In this document: piece by piece, positions 24,401-39,400 of the stretch
Numbering within the stretch: the stretch's first letter is position 1
How the letters are laid out: each line of letters starts with the position of its first letter
NCBI GenBank assembly: GCA_951406725.2
Contig: OX597815.1
Location: 1,364,001 to 1,428,000 of the forward strand
DNA from: Octopus vulgaris
Taxonomy: Eukaryota
DNA: 64,000 nucleotides
Direction of reading: 5' to 3'
Notes under the pieces: model-generated
What the model was told of the DNA's origin: nothing
What the model saw: the letters and a program-made list of their open reading frames with translations, nothing else
Databases searched by the model: none
Position numbers and translations under genes: made by a program

Positions 24401-27400
24401 GTATTGTTATTTAAAATATTGCTTTTGAATGTATTACATACTTTACAAAGATATAATATACAGAAAATATGGATGTATACATAGATATTATCTAAAATAA
24501 AGCTAAGCGTTGTGTTAGCGAGTTTTTTTTTATTCATTGACATTTCGATTTTCTTTCTTCGATTTTGATGTTCTAACAAAATCCCCCACGGCATCGCCAC
24601 CATTACACAGCTCCCCCACTCTCTCTCTCTCTTTTTTTTTCTCAACATATTTGTACTTTATTCGTGCACACTGATGTTGCACATTCAGCAGAAAATACTA
24701 GCTTCATTTCTTTTTTGTCTTTGGAAGACATCTGCATCCAGGGGACCCTGCAGCATTGTAGTTTGTACACAGGCTGCAGATAAGAGGGGCAAATATAAAG
24801 GATGAAATCCCGTGTTTCTTCACTTTTTAAAACGATCAGCGTTTTACGAAATAATAAATAAGGAGACCATTGATGGTCCTAATTGCTAAAGAAGGGTCAA
24901 TTAAAATTGAGGGTAAAAGTGTGTGTGGGGGGGGGCGAGATAGAAGAGATAAAATGGCTGAAGGCAGGAAATAAGTAGAAAGAAAAACAAGTTTTAAAAT
25001 ATTGAATGTAAATTTGTGCCCAATTTTTAAAATTCTTATGCTTGTTTTTTTTTTTAGGCAAAAGATGTTAGTGAAGGAATGTCTGAGACTGATCCTTCTC
25101 ATGACCAAAATGAAGAACACACAGAATCTAAACAGAAGGAAGTTGGAGAAGAAGGTCATGCAGAACCTTCTGCCCCAGGTGGGACCCATTTTCATGTTCC
25201 TTAATATTTTAATCCAGATATGAAAGACAATGTTACTTATTTGACCATTGTGGGGCTGAGATGGATTTACTGGAAGGAGTGGAATGAGGGAGGTCATGGG
25301 AGCAGAAGGACCACTGGCATGTTTGGGTTGGGGGGGAGGGGTGGCTGGTATTCTGGACAGATGTTGTTAGGTTTTAGCCAGAGGTACAGGTGGGTAGGGC
25401 TCTCACAAATATATCCCAGCTGGAAAGGATCAATGCTACAAAAGGACCGTACCACAACCGTTTCATCAGACTGGTAGAATCAATAAAATTGGTTGTTACC
25501 TTGAAGTTCTGCAGAATGGTGTCTTTGGGGGAAATGCATAAAAGAAAATGATAAATCATTATTATTATTTTATTATTAGTTTGTCCAATAATATCACCTG
25601 AGAAAAGGTGGGGCATGGTGTGTCCAGCTGTGGTCAGTCAGTCCAATGCATACTCAGATGGCTCTGCCACAGGTCAGGCATTGGTGGTCTGCTGGGGCTG
25701 CAGACAAAGAGTTGACTCTGGACTTGTGCAGTTCAGGTTTTCATTGTGCTTCTGCAATCCTGTTCAACAGGAAATACAAGAAGAAACACATCTTCCACCC
25801 ACTTCATCAACCAATCACCAATTTTCCATTACATCTTATCCTTGAGAATTCCTTGACAATCATCATCGTTTAACGTCCGCTTTCCATGCTAGCATGGGTT
25901 GGACGGTTTGACTGAGGGCTGGCGAACCAGAAGGCTGCACCAGGCTCCGGTCTTATCTGGCAAAGTTTCTACAGCTGGATGCCCTTCCTAACGCCAACCA
26001 CTCTGAGAGTGTAGTGGGTGCTTTTACGTGCCACCGGCACGGGGGCCAGTCAGGCGGTACTGGCAACGACCTCGCTCGAATTAAAATATTTTCCTTGGTT
26101 TGTTGACATGCTTTGTTGACTTTTGCCCTGGTTTCATAATATGATTGATCTGCAATAGATTTGTGTATTTGTAAAAGAACAAAGGGCATTAGGGGTCTTA
26201 GGTATAATTGGCAAGGACTAACCATCAAATAAAATAATAAAATAAGTATATAAAGATAAGCATATAAAAATAAGTGTCTAAAAAATAAAAAAAAATTTCT
26301 CTCAGTAATTCTTTCCCTTAAGAGAAATTTCTTCCCCCACTTTTATTTCTCAGCAAACCCTATTTATCTCTGCCTGTTACACTAAAAACAACTGCAGGTG
26401 GCAGCAGCAGTGTTCACCAGTCAAATTTCACGCAAATGTATAGAAAGTTTTGCTATTTCTGGCCGTAGAACGGACCAAGTGACAGAACAGCTGATACAGG
26501 GAGTCTGAGATAGTTCTATGGGTTGTGGTGGCATCTGTGATCTCTGTCTGGGTTTCTGAGACGGTGGTCTTCTGACCAAAGACTTGGTTTCAATGCTTGC
26601 ACCTCAACAGACACCAATAAAGGTATCCAAGGAAACAGGGTGGTGGTAGAGAGGCATTAAACTGGGTGGGAACTACAAGGTCTGCTCATTTCCAAATGTT
26701 TCTCTCCAGACTTGGGTGAGAGTTGTGTAGAGAATGCAATGTTGTGATTGAGGAGGAATGGTCATGGAAAGCAGACCATTTTTTGTTTTATGAGAAATAA
26801 TCTTAGAAAATGGACAAAAGATGAAATAAGAACAATAATAGATCTTAGTATGATCTGTAATATGGACAGTGTAAGTTTACATGGTGATGGTGGTGGTGAT
26901 TATGACAATGGTGGTGGTGGTGGTGGTGGTGATTCTGATTTTTTTTTTCTTCTTTTCTTTCATTTTAGTTGCTGCAGAGTCGAAGCCTGACCACACAGAA
27001 GCTGAAGAAATGGCTTCTGATGCTGCAAATGTCAAAGAAATTAAAGATGAGGATGTGAGCGGCACAGTGGATGGTGCTGCTGTTCATGGTACCCCTGCTG
27101 AAGGTGCTGCAGAAGGTGCTGAAGATGATGGTGGCGGTGGTGGTGGTGGTGGTGTTGTGACGGAGGATGTTGGTGGTGGTGGTGGTGGTCATGTTGATGA
27201 GAAAACTGATGACCAATTGATAAGTCAAGAAGGAGAAAGAAAAAAGTCGGAGGCCAAAGTTGAAGCAGGTGAGGCAGAGGAGGCAGAAGAACAACCAGAC
27301 GAGCCAAAAACGACCAGCCATGTAGAGAAGGAGGAGGAGGAGGCAAAAGGCACAGAAATGACTGCAGACCAAACTGATGAAAAGCAAGTTAAAGGTAAGG

Positions 27401-28819
27401 AGGGGGAGGAGGAGGTATGGCTTAGAGTCATCAAAAAGCATTCCGCTCTTTGGGGTGGCCAGTGTTAGGAAGGGCATCCAGCTGTAAAAACCCTGCCAAA
27501 ATAGACAGTCTTCTTCCTTGCCTGTTCCTGTCAAACTGTCCAACCCATGCCAGGTTGGAAAACAGACATTAGATAATGATGATGATATATATATATATAT
27601 ATATATAAGATAAGGATAAAAAGCACCATCCAAACGTGGCCGTTGCCAGCGCCGCCTTGGCTGGCTTCCGTGCCGGTGGCACGTTGAAAGCTCCAACCGA
27701 CCGTGGCCGATGCCGGATCCCCCTGGCACCTGTGCAGGTGGCACGTAAAAAGCACCCACTACACTCGCGGAGTGGTTGGCGTTAGGAAGGGCATCCAGCT
27801 GTAGAAACTCTGCCAGATCAGACTGGAGCCTGGTGCAGCCTCCTAACTTCCCAGACCCCGGTCGAACCGTCCAACCCATGCTAGCGCGGAAAACGGACGT
27901 TAAACGATGATGATGAAGAATATAATCATAAAATGACTACATCAGTGTCCTAGTACTTAAAAATGACTGTAGAGGTAACATTAATTTTTTTTATATATAT
28001 AATTATAGTTAAGGGCTACTGGAAATGGCCAGCACCAATGTAGGTATTTGATACCTATTTCTAGCATTAGCACTGGTCATTTCCAGTTGCCCTTAACTAT
28101 AATTATATCTTTATAATTATATATGTATAAATTTATATACCATCATCATCATTATCGTTTAACGTCCGTTTTCCATGCTAGCATGATATATATATAAATC
28201 AATAAATGATGGTGGTGGGGGGGTGTTGACCGCACGTGGAGAAATGATAGGCGAGGAAAAATTATAAAAAGGCAGAATGGTAAATTGAAGGTAAATTTTA
28301 ATAAAAATGGGTGTGTGGAAAATTCCTCCTCTTCAGCAACAGCTGCTTCAGCTTGAAGACTTTCAATGACTTTCGAGTCCAGCCTGGCCAATTCTAGCAA
28401 GGCATGACCATAAGAGAAGTAGGCAGCAGCACATTGAAATGCCATCTCCCCATAGCACTTGGCCAGAATTTGACAAGATTCTTCAAATTGAGTAACAGCC
28501 ATTGGAACATCTCCGCAGATTAGATTTCTTTTACCTTGGCCCATCAAGTTCACAGCTTTTCACATCACCTCAACTCTTTCTTTACTTGGAGAGCCACTGG
28601 CAGCAGAGCTGGAGGGTTCTGCGACAGAAGACATAGCTGGTTGTGCTGGATTCTTTGACACAAACAACTTCCGGCTTCAACTGGGCTTTTGTTCCTCTTT
28701 TCCTAATTATCAGCAGGAGGTTTGGTTCGTTCCTACATCTCTCTCTCTCTCTCTCCCTCTTCCTTTATTCTCTGTGGTTTCTCGGGGACTCAAACACAAT
28801 CCAGTCTCCGGTTCCCTTT

Positions 28820-28850
<31 letters not shown>

Positions 28851-30308
28851 GGATAAGTTCATTAATTTAAAATAAAATAACGATTTTATCAAGTAGTCAG
28901 CATGGAAAAAATAACCCTCAAAGGTAATAATTATTAAAATTATAAATTAGGGTATCTACGAGATACCACCATGCTGAAGATAGCAGCCATGATCTGACTC
29001 TAAAACCACCTTAATTGTCCATATATCAACACGGAGAGATAACAAAGAGACAAGATGAAACTAGTAAAATATATATGTGTGTATATATATATATATATAT
29101 AGTGAGAGAAAGGGAGGAATTTTGATTATCCCCAGGTGGTGAGTTGTATATAAGAAATTAAAGAAGGAAAATGCACACATTTACATAGTTTTAATATAAT
29201 TTTTGATATATCTTGTATTCTTGTATTGTGTTTGTCAACAAGTTTTGCTTTTGTTGGTTTCGTGGTTGTTATCATTTAAAAACGTATTTCCTTAAGAGAA
29301 ATTATTTTTGTTGTGTGTGGAGTTTATGAATGAATGATTCAATAAGTAGAAAAATCTAAGGGGGTGTAATTGATTATCATCATTATTGTGGACAAGGGAG
29401 ATAATTGTTCATCTTTCATTAGTGGGGAGGAATATATATATACAAAAATTCAAAAACTAGATTAGTGGGGAGAAATATGTACAGTGATGGCTATATAATC
29501 GTGAATTAAAATATGTACGGAGATCAAAGTTGGTTATGTGTGCATATTTAGACATGTTCTGTATATTTCGATGAATAAATTTTCTTTATTTAAACGTTCT
29601 TGTTAAGAAATTGTATCTTTGCACCAATAAAAGGGAAAAACTGCGAAATTTGGTTTGATGTTACTTGCACATTTCTCTATATGTTCACTTAAAGGAATTT
29701 GTCTGTACTGTGGGAACTGGATCTGCTCTTTTTGTAGAGTGGTTCTCTGTCTCAATGTCATACTCGTCTGTCCTATATAGTGATGTCCACAACCCAAGCT
29801 GGTTATTACATAAATTAGATTCTCAGAGGCACAGGTGAAGTTGGTTTTAATCATGAACCTCTCTACTTGTTTGAAAAGGAAATCTGAGCCTTTAAGTAGG
29901 TTGGGGCATATTCCACAGTTTGGGTGTCCACATTTTTTAAATGTTGGTTTTGTGGTTGTTATGCAAAGCTTCACATTTGTTAGAAGATCTCTTTAGTGAT
30001 TTGTGTTGCTTTTTGCATCTGATGAATTTATGTGAAGCTTTACTCTACTTTTTGAATTTTTTTGTGTGTGGCCGAAACAGCTGTAAGATATAGTCTATAT
30101 TTATATCTATGTGTACTTATATTTATGTTCTATTATATGTATTCTACTTATTGTATAACATTACTATTTTATGTACACTGATTTAACCTGCCTTATTATG
30201 TTTAACCTTATAGTTTCTTATGTGGTGGTTTAATAAAGTATGTGATTGAGTATTATCTGGTAATTGATATTTGATTTCGATGTATTTCTCCATTTTCTTA
30301 TTTTGTAC

Positions 30309-30347
<39 letters not shown>

Positions 30348-30440
30348 CCCCCCTTCACAATAATAGCGATAATCAATTACCTCCCCTTAGACTTTTCTAC
30401 TTGTTGCAACATACTTGTTAAACAATGATGATGATGATGC

Positions 30441-30473
<33 letters not shown>

Positions 30474-33400
30474 CATATGTATACACGTGTGTGTGTGTAT
30501 CATATATCTCTGTCTGAATGGCAACCAATTTCTGTGTGTTGAAGTTGATAAAATGGTAGAATTGACAGATTCTGTAACAACTGGTTACTATGACAACACT
30601 TCCCCCATCCCCAGCAGCAGCAGACATATTATATTCCTGTGAAGAATTCCACACAATCATGGCTCAAAGCCAGATAGAGTAAAGAGCACAAGATGGAACC
30701 CAATCTGAGAACGGAATCAGAATTACTAAATTACATCAAATTCAGCTGAGAGAATTTAGCCTAAAATCAATTCTGGTGTTCTTCCTGATAGTTTTGAAAG
30801 TGAAGCCACTCCATTGTAGTCTGGTACCACATTAGATGGATTGTCTGGTTAAATGTCACCCCTGCTCTCATGTGGATTCCAAAAGAGATTATTCTCTGTG
30901 ACTTCTTCAATAATTATCCCATCTGTCTATCTTTCTTCATCATCATCATCATCATCGTTTAACGTCCGCTTTCCATGCTAGCATCAGTTGGACGATTTGA
31001 CTGAGGACTGGCGAACCAGATGGCTGCACCAGGCCCAAATCTGATTTGGCAGAGTTTCTACAGCTGGATGCCCTTCCCAACACCAACCACTTCAAGAGTG
31101 CAGTGGGTGCTTTTATGTACCACCGGCATGAGGGCCAGTCAGGTGGTACTGGTGTTGGCCATGCTCAAATAGTGTTTTTTACATGCCACCTGCACAGGAG
31201 ACCAGTCCAGCGGCAGTGGTAATGACCTCACTCAAATGTTTTTTCACGTGCCACCGGCACAAGTGTCGGTGAGGTGACGCTGGTAATGATCACATTTGAA
31301 TGGTGCTTTTTACGTGCTACCAGCACAGAAGCTGGTTTGCTGCTCTGGCAACGATCATGCTCGGATGGTGCTCTTAGCGCTCCACTAGCACGGATGCCAG
31401 TCATCGTTTTTGATTTCAATTTCACTTGCCTCAACAGGTCTTTGCAAGCAGAGTTTAGTGTCCAATGAAGGAAAGATACGCATAAGTGGGCTGGTTACAC
31501 CCCTGGCATAGGCCATAGGTTATGATCTCACTTGGCTTGCTGGGTCCCCTCAAGTACAGCATATTTCCAAAGGTCCCAGTCACTGGTCATTTCCTTGGTG
31601 AGGATTAAAGTTTGAAGGTCATGCTTCACCACCTCCTCCCAGGTCTACCTCTTCCACAGGTTCCCTCAACCTCTAGGGTGTGGCACTTTTTCACCCAACT
31701 ATCTTCATCCATTCTCGCCACATGACCATACCAGTACAAACGTCCCTCTTGCACACCATAACTGATGCTTCTTAGATCCAGCTTTTCTCTCAAGGTACTT
31801 ACACTCTGTCGAGTATGAACACTGACATTACACTCCATCGGAGCATACTGGCTTCATTTCTTGCGAGCTTATGCATATCCTCAGCAGTCACGGCCCATGT
31901 TTCACTGCCATGTAGCATGGCTGTTCATACACATGCGTCATACAGTCTGCCTTTTATTCTGAGCGAGAGGCCTTTTGTCCCTAGCAGAGGTAAGAGCTCT
32001 CTGAACTTTGCCCTGGCTATTCTTACTCTAGCAGTTACACTTTCAGCGCACCCTCCCCCGCTACTGACTTGGTCACCTAGGTAACGGAAGCTGTCAACTA
32101 TTTCTAGTTTTTCTCCCTGGAATGTGGCAGAAGTTGGTCTCAGAGCATTTTCAGTGTTTATTGCTCCTGAGCATCTGCCACATACAAAAACTATCTTCCC
32201 AGTTAACTTCCTTTGATATTGCTGCACCTCTTATGTGTCCATAGCTTACACTTGGTGCATCTTATAGAGTTTCTACCTATGCCTTTTCTACAGATCAAGC
32301 AGGGCCATCTACCTGAAGGGATTTGTGGTTTGTCTACCTTCCTACTTATTAGGACTTTGGTGTTAGCTAGGTTGACTCTAAGGCCCTTCGATTCTAATCC
32401 TTGCTTCCACTCCTGAAACTTCTCCTCCAGTTCTGATAGTGACTCAGCAATTAGAGCAAGGTCATCAGCATAGAGGAGCTCCCAGGGGCATCCTGTCTTG
32501 AATACCTCTGTTATTGCCTGGAGGACTATGATAAATAGGAGGGGGCTGAGGACTGAAACTTGGTGGACCCCAACCTCTACCTGGAATTCATCACTGTACT
32601 CGCTGCCAACCCTCACCTTACTGACAGTGTCCCTGTACATGACTTGCACAGCTCTCACTAACCATTCATATACATATATATACTTATACGTAAAAAGCAC
32701 CATCCGATCGTGGCCGTTTGCCAGCCTTGTCTGGCACGTAAAAAGCACCCACTACACTCTCGGAGTGGTTAGTGTTAGGAAGGGCATCCAGCTGTAGAAA
32801 CACTGCCAGATCAGACTGGGCCTGGTGCAGCCTTCTGGCTTCCCAGACCCCAGTTGAACCGTCCAACCCATGCTAACATGGAAAGCGGACGCTAAACGAT
32901 GATGATGATATATATATATATATATATATTCATAAATATATTGTTGAAATTCTTATAATAATTTATAAAACTAAATTTGAGATAAATCATTTTATGTAAA
33001 TAGTAATTACAACTTTAGTGTATTTAGTTTTAATATAAATTATCTGTTGCTATGTCTACATGCCTGTGTGACTTAGTGATTCAGCAAAAGAGACCAATAG
33101 AACTTACCAGGCTTTACAAAAAATAAGTAATGAGGTTGGTTTGTTCGTGCCTCAGCATGGCCACAGTCTAATGACAAGTAAAAAGAAAAAGAAAAGAAAA
33201 AGAGAAAGATAAATAAGAATCAATAAAATCAATTTCTGGTTGTTTTGTGATTTTTCTCTTTGGTTTGTTTTGGGTTGGAGGCTTTTCTTGTTAATGTTGG
33301 GAAATGTCTTCTTTAGCAGAAGGTGAAGAAGGCGAGGAAGGTAAAGAAGGAGAAGCAGCAGCAGCAGCAGCAGCTGCGGAAGAAGTTCCAACAGGAGCGG

Positions 33401-36400
33401 CAGAAACGGAAGCAGAAGAGGGCCGGCCTGAAGGAGAGAAGAAAGAGAGTGAAAAGGAAGCTGAAGAGGCGGTGATTGGATTGTTTCCAACTGAAGCTGG
33501 GGAAATGTATGCAGCAAAAGATGGTATTGTAAATATTGGTTTCTCTTACCATTCCAGTAACTTTGTAACTTGTTCGCAGCAATATTCGTTGGTGTCGAGG
33601 CTGAGCGATGTGCATTCAATGCAAAACTAAAGAGAACAACAAAACTGCAAAATATCGCATGTCAAATATGTGATATTGATTAAGATAATGAGAGAGATAT
33701 CTGTTAATTCTGGGGGATTAGACTAATATCATCATCTTTTTAAGTGTATCTCTATAGATTTCCAATCGAATTCAGAACCAGCTCTGAAAATTATGACATT
33801 TTGTACATAAATAATTCTTTTAAATAATGCAATCAAAGACAGAGAATCAAATTGTTTACATGGACACATTCATTTATGAAACATTGGCAACTTTCAGCAC
33901 TGGCTCTAAATTCTATACAAAATCATCTTCATCATCATCATCATTTAACATCCGTTTTCCATGCTAGCATGGGTTGGACGATATGACTGAGTTCTGGTGA
34001 ACCAAACTCCAATCTGATCTGGCAGAGTTTCTACAGCGGGATGCCCTTTCTAACGCCAACCACTCCGAGAGTGTAGTGGGTGCTTTTACGTGCCACCGGC
34101 ATGAGGGCCAGTTTGGTGGTACTGGCAACGGCCACACCCAAATGGTGCTTTTTATGTGCCACCTGCACAGGAGATGTTCCAGTGGCACTGGTGACGACCT
34201 CACTCAAATGTTTCACATGCCACCAGCACAAGTGCTAGTAAAGTGACGCAGGTAACGATCACCCTCGAATGGTGTGTTTAATGTGTCATCGGCACAGAGG
34301 CCAGCTTGTTGCTCTGGCAACAATCTCACTCGTATGGTACTCTTAGTGCTTCACTAGCAGCGGATGCCAGTCACCGAGTTTGATTTCGACTTTGATTTCA
34401 CTTGCCTCAACTGGTCTTCGCAAGCAGAATTTAGTGTCCAATGAAGGAAAGGCACACATAAGTGGACTGGTTACACCCCTAGCATAGGCCACAAGGTTAT
34501 GGTCACACTTGCGCTTTCCGAGTCTTCTGAAGCCCAGCATATTTCCAGAGGTCCAACTCAAAAGGATGAATGCACTACTCTGCTAGCACAAGGGACGTCT
34601 GAAGTGTTGACATGACAACCTTGAATATATTTGGTAGTTTATTATGATGGCAAAATAAAATACTGTGTTGTTCTTGCTAACAATAATACTATTCTGGGAT
34701 TTCAAGGGAGAACAGGGTGAAAATAAGTGAAATAGTATTTTAAATATTTAGTCTTGTTCTTTGCCATTTCTGATTCCTTCACCATTGTTGCTGCTGTAAT
34801 AAACTTTGAATTCCCCAACAATTTGTCCTTCTTTGTTTTTGCTGACAGCCATTAGACCTGGAACAAATGATGGATCTGGACAAGTACCAACAGAGACTCG
34901 AGGTTGGGGAAACACCAGTTGCATACGGTAATGCTTGTTGTTGTTATCGTTGTTGTTGTTTAACCTTCAGGGCAACTCTGATCAAATTGACTCATGATCA
35001 TTCCATCTATGACCATCCTGTCTTTTAGTTTTAGACACAGTATAACTAGCATCACATTGATCAATGATTTGAGTGTGAATTAAGGAAGATTTTGGTTATG
35101 GAGAGAAACTCTATTGTTCTTTAGTTCCAGGTTAGTTCTGATTAAACAGACCTATGACCAAAGACATTCTAGCCATGACCATCCTGTCTGCTTCCAACAG
35201 TGTTTTTCATCTTACATTATCCAACATGTCTTTCCTTTTTATTATCAAGACAAAGATTTAGCTGCTATTTATTGTAGCTCAAACAACATTTCTTGTTCGT
35301 TCCTTAATTTTTGAAGATGATCCAAATTCTCCGTCCAAGACATTGATGAGCAATAGACACTGCACAGCTGCTGTTCCCCTATACTCCTCCTTACACATAT
35401 CCATAAGAAGAAGACAGAGTACAACAGCGGCAATATATCTTGGTTACACACTTTGGTGACGTCCTGCCTGCCACAGCGAACATTCCAGTTGTTTGTTTGT
35501 GGTTCGAAGAGGTCTGAGATTTGATTTGTGCTGGACTCAGATTATAGTAAGGCCAGGGTTGTACCAGGTGGTCAGACTTATCCTTTTGCCTCTGATTTCC
35601 TTGACCAGTGAAAAGATGAGCCCTGACAACATTAGTTATGTCTCACTATTCTGTGAAGTATGCATCCCGCAACCATCTCACTGGCTGTTTACCCTCATAA
35701 ATCTCTATTTGGTTTCAAATTTTGGTGCAAGGCCAGCAATTTCAAGGGAGGGACCAAGCTGCATTGACCCCATAAAGTAAGAAGAAATACTGCTGTGCAT
35801 TTTGCCCCATGCACTAAAATATTTCTACCAGTTGACTCCTTCATAAACCCTATTCACATGGGGAATTTGTCACTGAATCCCTTACTGACTTTTACTTAGT
35901 TGTCTGCCCTTTTGTGCGTTGCTTGTGCTGCCCTCTTCATCTACCCCTAACTTCCTATGTAACCTATTTCTTTACTACCCACAAGGGGCTAAACACAGGG
36001 GACAAACAAGGACAGACAAAGGGATTAAGTTGATTATATCGACCCCAATGCGTAACTGGTACTTATTTAATTGACCCCGAAAGGATGAAAGGCAAAGTCG
36101 ACCTCGGCGGAATTTGAACTCAAAACGTAACGGCAGACGAAATACCACTAAGCATTTCGCCCGACGTGCTAACGTTTCTGCCAGCTCGCCACCTAACTTC
36201 CTCTGTAACCATCGAGTCACAGAGTGAGGGACCCTGTTGAGGGTTTTTCCCATGATATAGAAGCTTATTTCAAGCTAAATACTTTTGCAGTTGTCTCACT
36301 AGAAAATTGCTGTTGGTGCTGCCACCACTGCAGCCACAAAACCAAAAACTGCATCTGATGCAGGCTAATCTGGTTCTTTATCAATTTTGCAAGAATTCTC

Positions 36401-39400
36401 TCCACAACTTCCAAAACCTGATCCAGCAGGATAGAAGCACCAGACGACACTTCCCCCACTCTTTCTTTATCTCTCTCTTATCCATCTCTTTACTCTTGTA
36501 GCATTTTATCTGCAAATTTCTTCCTTTCAGACCCTTTTCTTGCTCTCTCTCCCTTAATGTCTGCCTACTCTTCCAGCCTTTTGGTAGGGGTTTTTTTCTG
36601 GTGTTTCCTTTCTTCCAATCTTTCCAAACCCCATCCCTTTTCCACCCCTGCATGCCCTCCCCCCACCTCCTCACATCTGTACTTTCCTCTCGCCCCTCCC
36701 CCAACACCTCACCTCCTCCTACTCATATACACCACAATACTTCTGCACACCCATACACTCCTTCCTGACAACCCACGCCTACTATTCCCCCCTCATAAAC
36801 ACCCTACTATACTTGCACATATGCATCCACCTCTGCTCCCTTCTTAACCCCCTAACCCTTTTTCCCCACCTAACTCTTAATCCCTCACCTCTTTTCTTTC
36901 TCTCACTGACTTTTCCTCTTTCTCATTCTTCTCCCTGCTCTTTTTCCTCTATGTGTGTGTGTGTGTCTGTGTGTCCCCACCTGATTTGACATCATGTGTT
37001 AATTGTAAAATAACCCTCATTGTCATACAAGCAGCATCATTCATCATCATCATCATCATCGTCATCATTTAATGTCTGCTTTCCATGCCAGCATGGGTTG
37101 GACAGTTTGACTGAGAACTGGCAAGATGGGAAGCTGTGCTTTCCAATATTCCGTAAGGACACATCTGGCCATAAGGGAATACTACCTTGCTTGGCAACAG
37201 GAAGGCCATCTGACTCAATAAATTCCATCCAACCCATGCATAGGAAAGTCCTCATCATCATAGTCATCATCTGTTTTCCGTGCTGGCATGGGTCGGACGG
37301 TTTCACAAGCACTTTTAAGACCAGGAGCCACACCAGGCTCCAATTGTCTGCTTTGGCATGGTTTCTATGGCTGGATGCCCTTCCTAATGTCAAGCACTTC
37401 ACAGATTGTAGACTGGGTGCTTTTTTGGCATGGCACCAGCACTGGTGCCGTTTATGCAATGTCAAAAGAACAATGATGCTGATGTTTGAAGATCTAGTTC
37501 TTTGTTGCTCCGATGTTGCCATTCTTTGTATGGCACAGGAATTGGCGGAACATGGATATAACGTTAAGACCAATTTAAAAATTAAATGCTTTTTTTTTGG
37601 TTTTTGCTTATTGTTGTTGTTGTTGTTGTTATTGTAGAAGAAGGTTCGGCACCACCAGAATTAGAGGCATATGACTACGAACAGAAAAGAGACATGTTGA
37701 TGACTCGTTACCAAGTGAGGGTCTTTTTTACTATTTGTTTTATCGTCTGTGGTGATATATGATGTGGGTGTGTGTGTGTGTGTAACAAAAGTAACCGTGA
37801 GGAATGCATGTGCCAGGTTCTGGAGTGGTCTTGGGACCATGGTGGGGGCTGAGGGCAGCTTCTTTGAATAAACTGTTATCCTCCAGCCATAATTGAGTTG
37901 ATATTTTTTGAGGTTTTAAAATACTTTTATTTTTGGATGGAATATTGTGTTTTAGAGTAAAAACTATTTGCCAACATAATGTGGAAGTCCTGGTAAGGAT
38001 GAATGTTACTGTTATTTAGCTCCAAGAAACATCGTCTCCAGCTGGTTATACAACACTGTGTCCTTATATTTTCAAACAAGGGAGTTTAGTGTCCCCACTC
38101 ACATCGAAAGCAATACCTGTGTACCAATGGTTTCTGGGTTATTTCTCTTCATCAGCACAGAATAACTGCTTGGCTAGAGATGGTGACGCTAAATACTTGT
38201 TCAAAATGTATATTTTTCAAAGTGACACACAGACACTGATCTCAAAAATAGAAAAATTATTATTTCTAAATCTTTGAACAAGAAACCTTCAGCAACAGTA
38301 CTCTAGAGTAAAGATTATTTGTCAACATAATGTGGCTGTCCTGGGGCTAAATAACAGTAACATTCATCCTAACCAGGACTGCCCCATTATGTTGACAAAT
38401 AATCTTTACTCTAGAGTTCTGTTGATCCTGAAGGTTTCTTGTTCAAAGATTTAGAAATGATTATTTTTCTTTTCCTTTTATGCAAACTTGTATGCGTTGT
38501 TGTTGTTCTTCTTGTAACTATGCATTGAACTGGTCAGCTTCATACCAAAGCTCTAGTCAACTTGAACTGACTACAACAACACTGAGAACAACATCATAAA
38601 ATACTACAGAGGATGGGGAACACTATTCAGTCACTGAACAAGCTAGAAACAGCAGCTAAATCTCTCACAGATTAAACTCCACCACCACCACCACCACCTA
38701 TTTCTTTACTTCCCACAAGGGGCTAAGCACAGAGGGGACAAACAAGGACAGACAAACGGATTAAATCGATTATATCAACCCCAGTGCGAAACTGGTACTT
38801 ATTTAATCGACCCCGAAAGGATGAAAGGCAAAGTCGACCTCGGCGGAATTTGAACTCCGAACATAGCGGCAGACGAAATACCGCTAAGTATTTCGCCCGG
38901 CGTGCTAACGTCTCTGCCAGCTTTCCACCATCACCATCACCATCATCATCATCATCCTTATTATTCATTTAACCCCCATGATCCATGCTGGCATGGGGTG
39001 GATGACTCAGTAGGGTCCTATGAGCCAGAAACTGCATCAGGCTCTGATTTGACATTGTTTTTGCAGCTGGGTGCTTACCCCGTGGCACTGGCACAAGTGG
39101 AGTCACCGTGTCACTTACTGGACTCCTGAACTGAAGTAGGGATGCAATATTGAGGAAAGTGAATTTATGCCAAGTGATGAGAAGGTCATGGATTGGACAC
39201 TGAATCCACTGGATGGTCATGAGGAGGCCACTGTCGTTTCATGTGATTGGCTGATTAAGCAACCAATCAGCATCAAGCCATCATGTGATTTGACTTTCTA
39301 AAACTTGCTCATTGAGCCCTATATAATCATCATCATCATAACATCCGCTTTCCATGCTAGCATGGGTTGGACGATTTGACTGAGGGCTGGCAAACCAGAT

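Noticed and set aside
35317-35455. Extra CCDC96 exon
   Set aside because: An acceptor-like AG and open frame exist, but composition is atypical, the exon is not needed for phase, and no convincing phase-1 donor was found.
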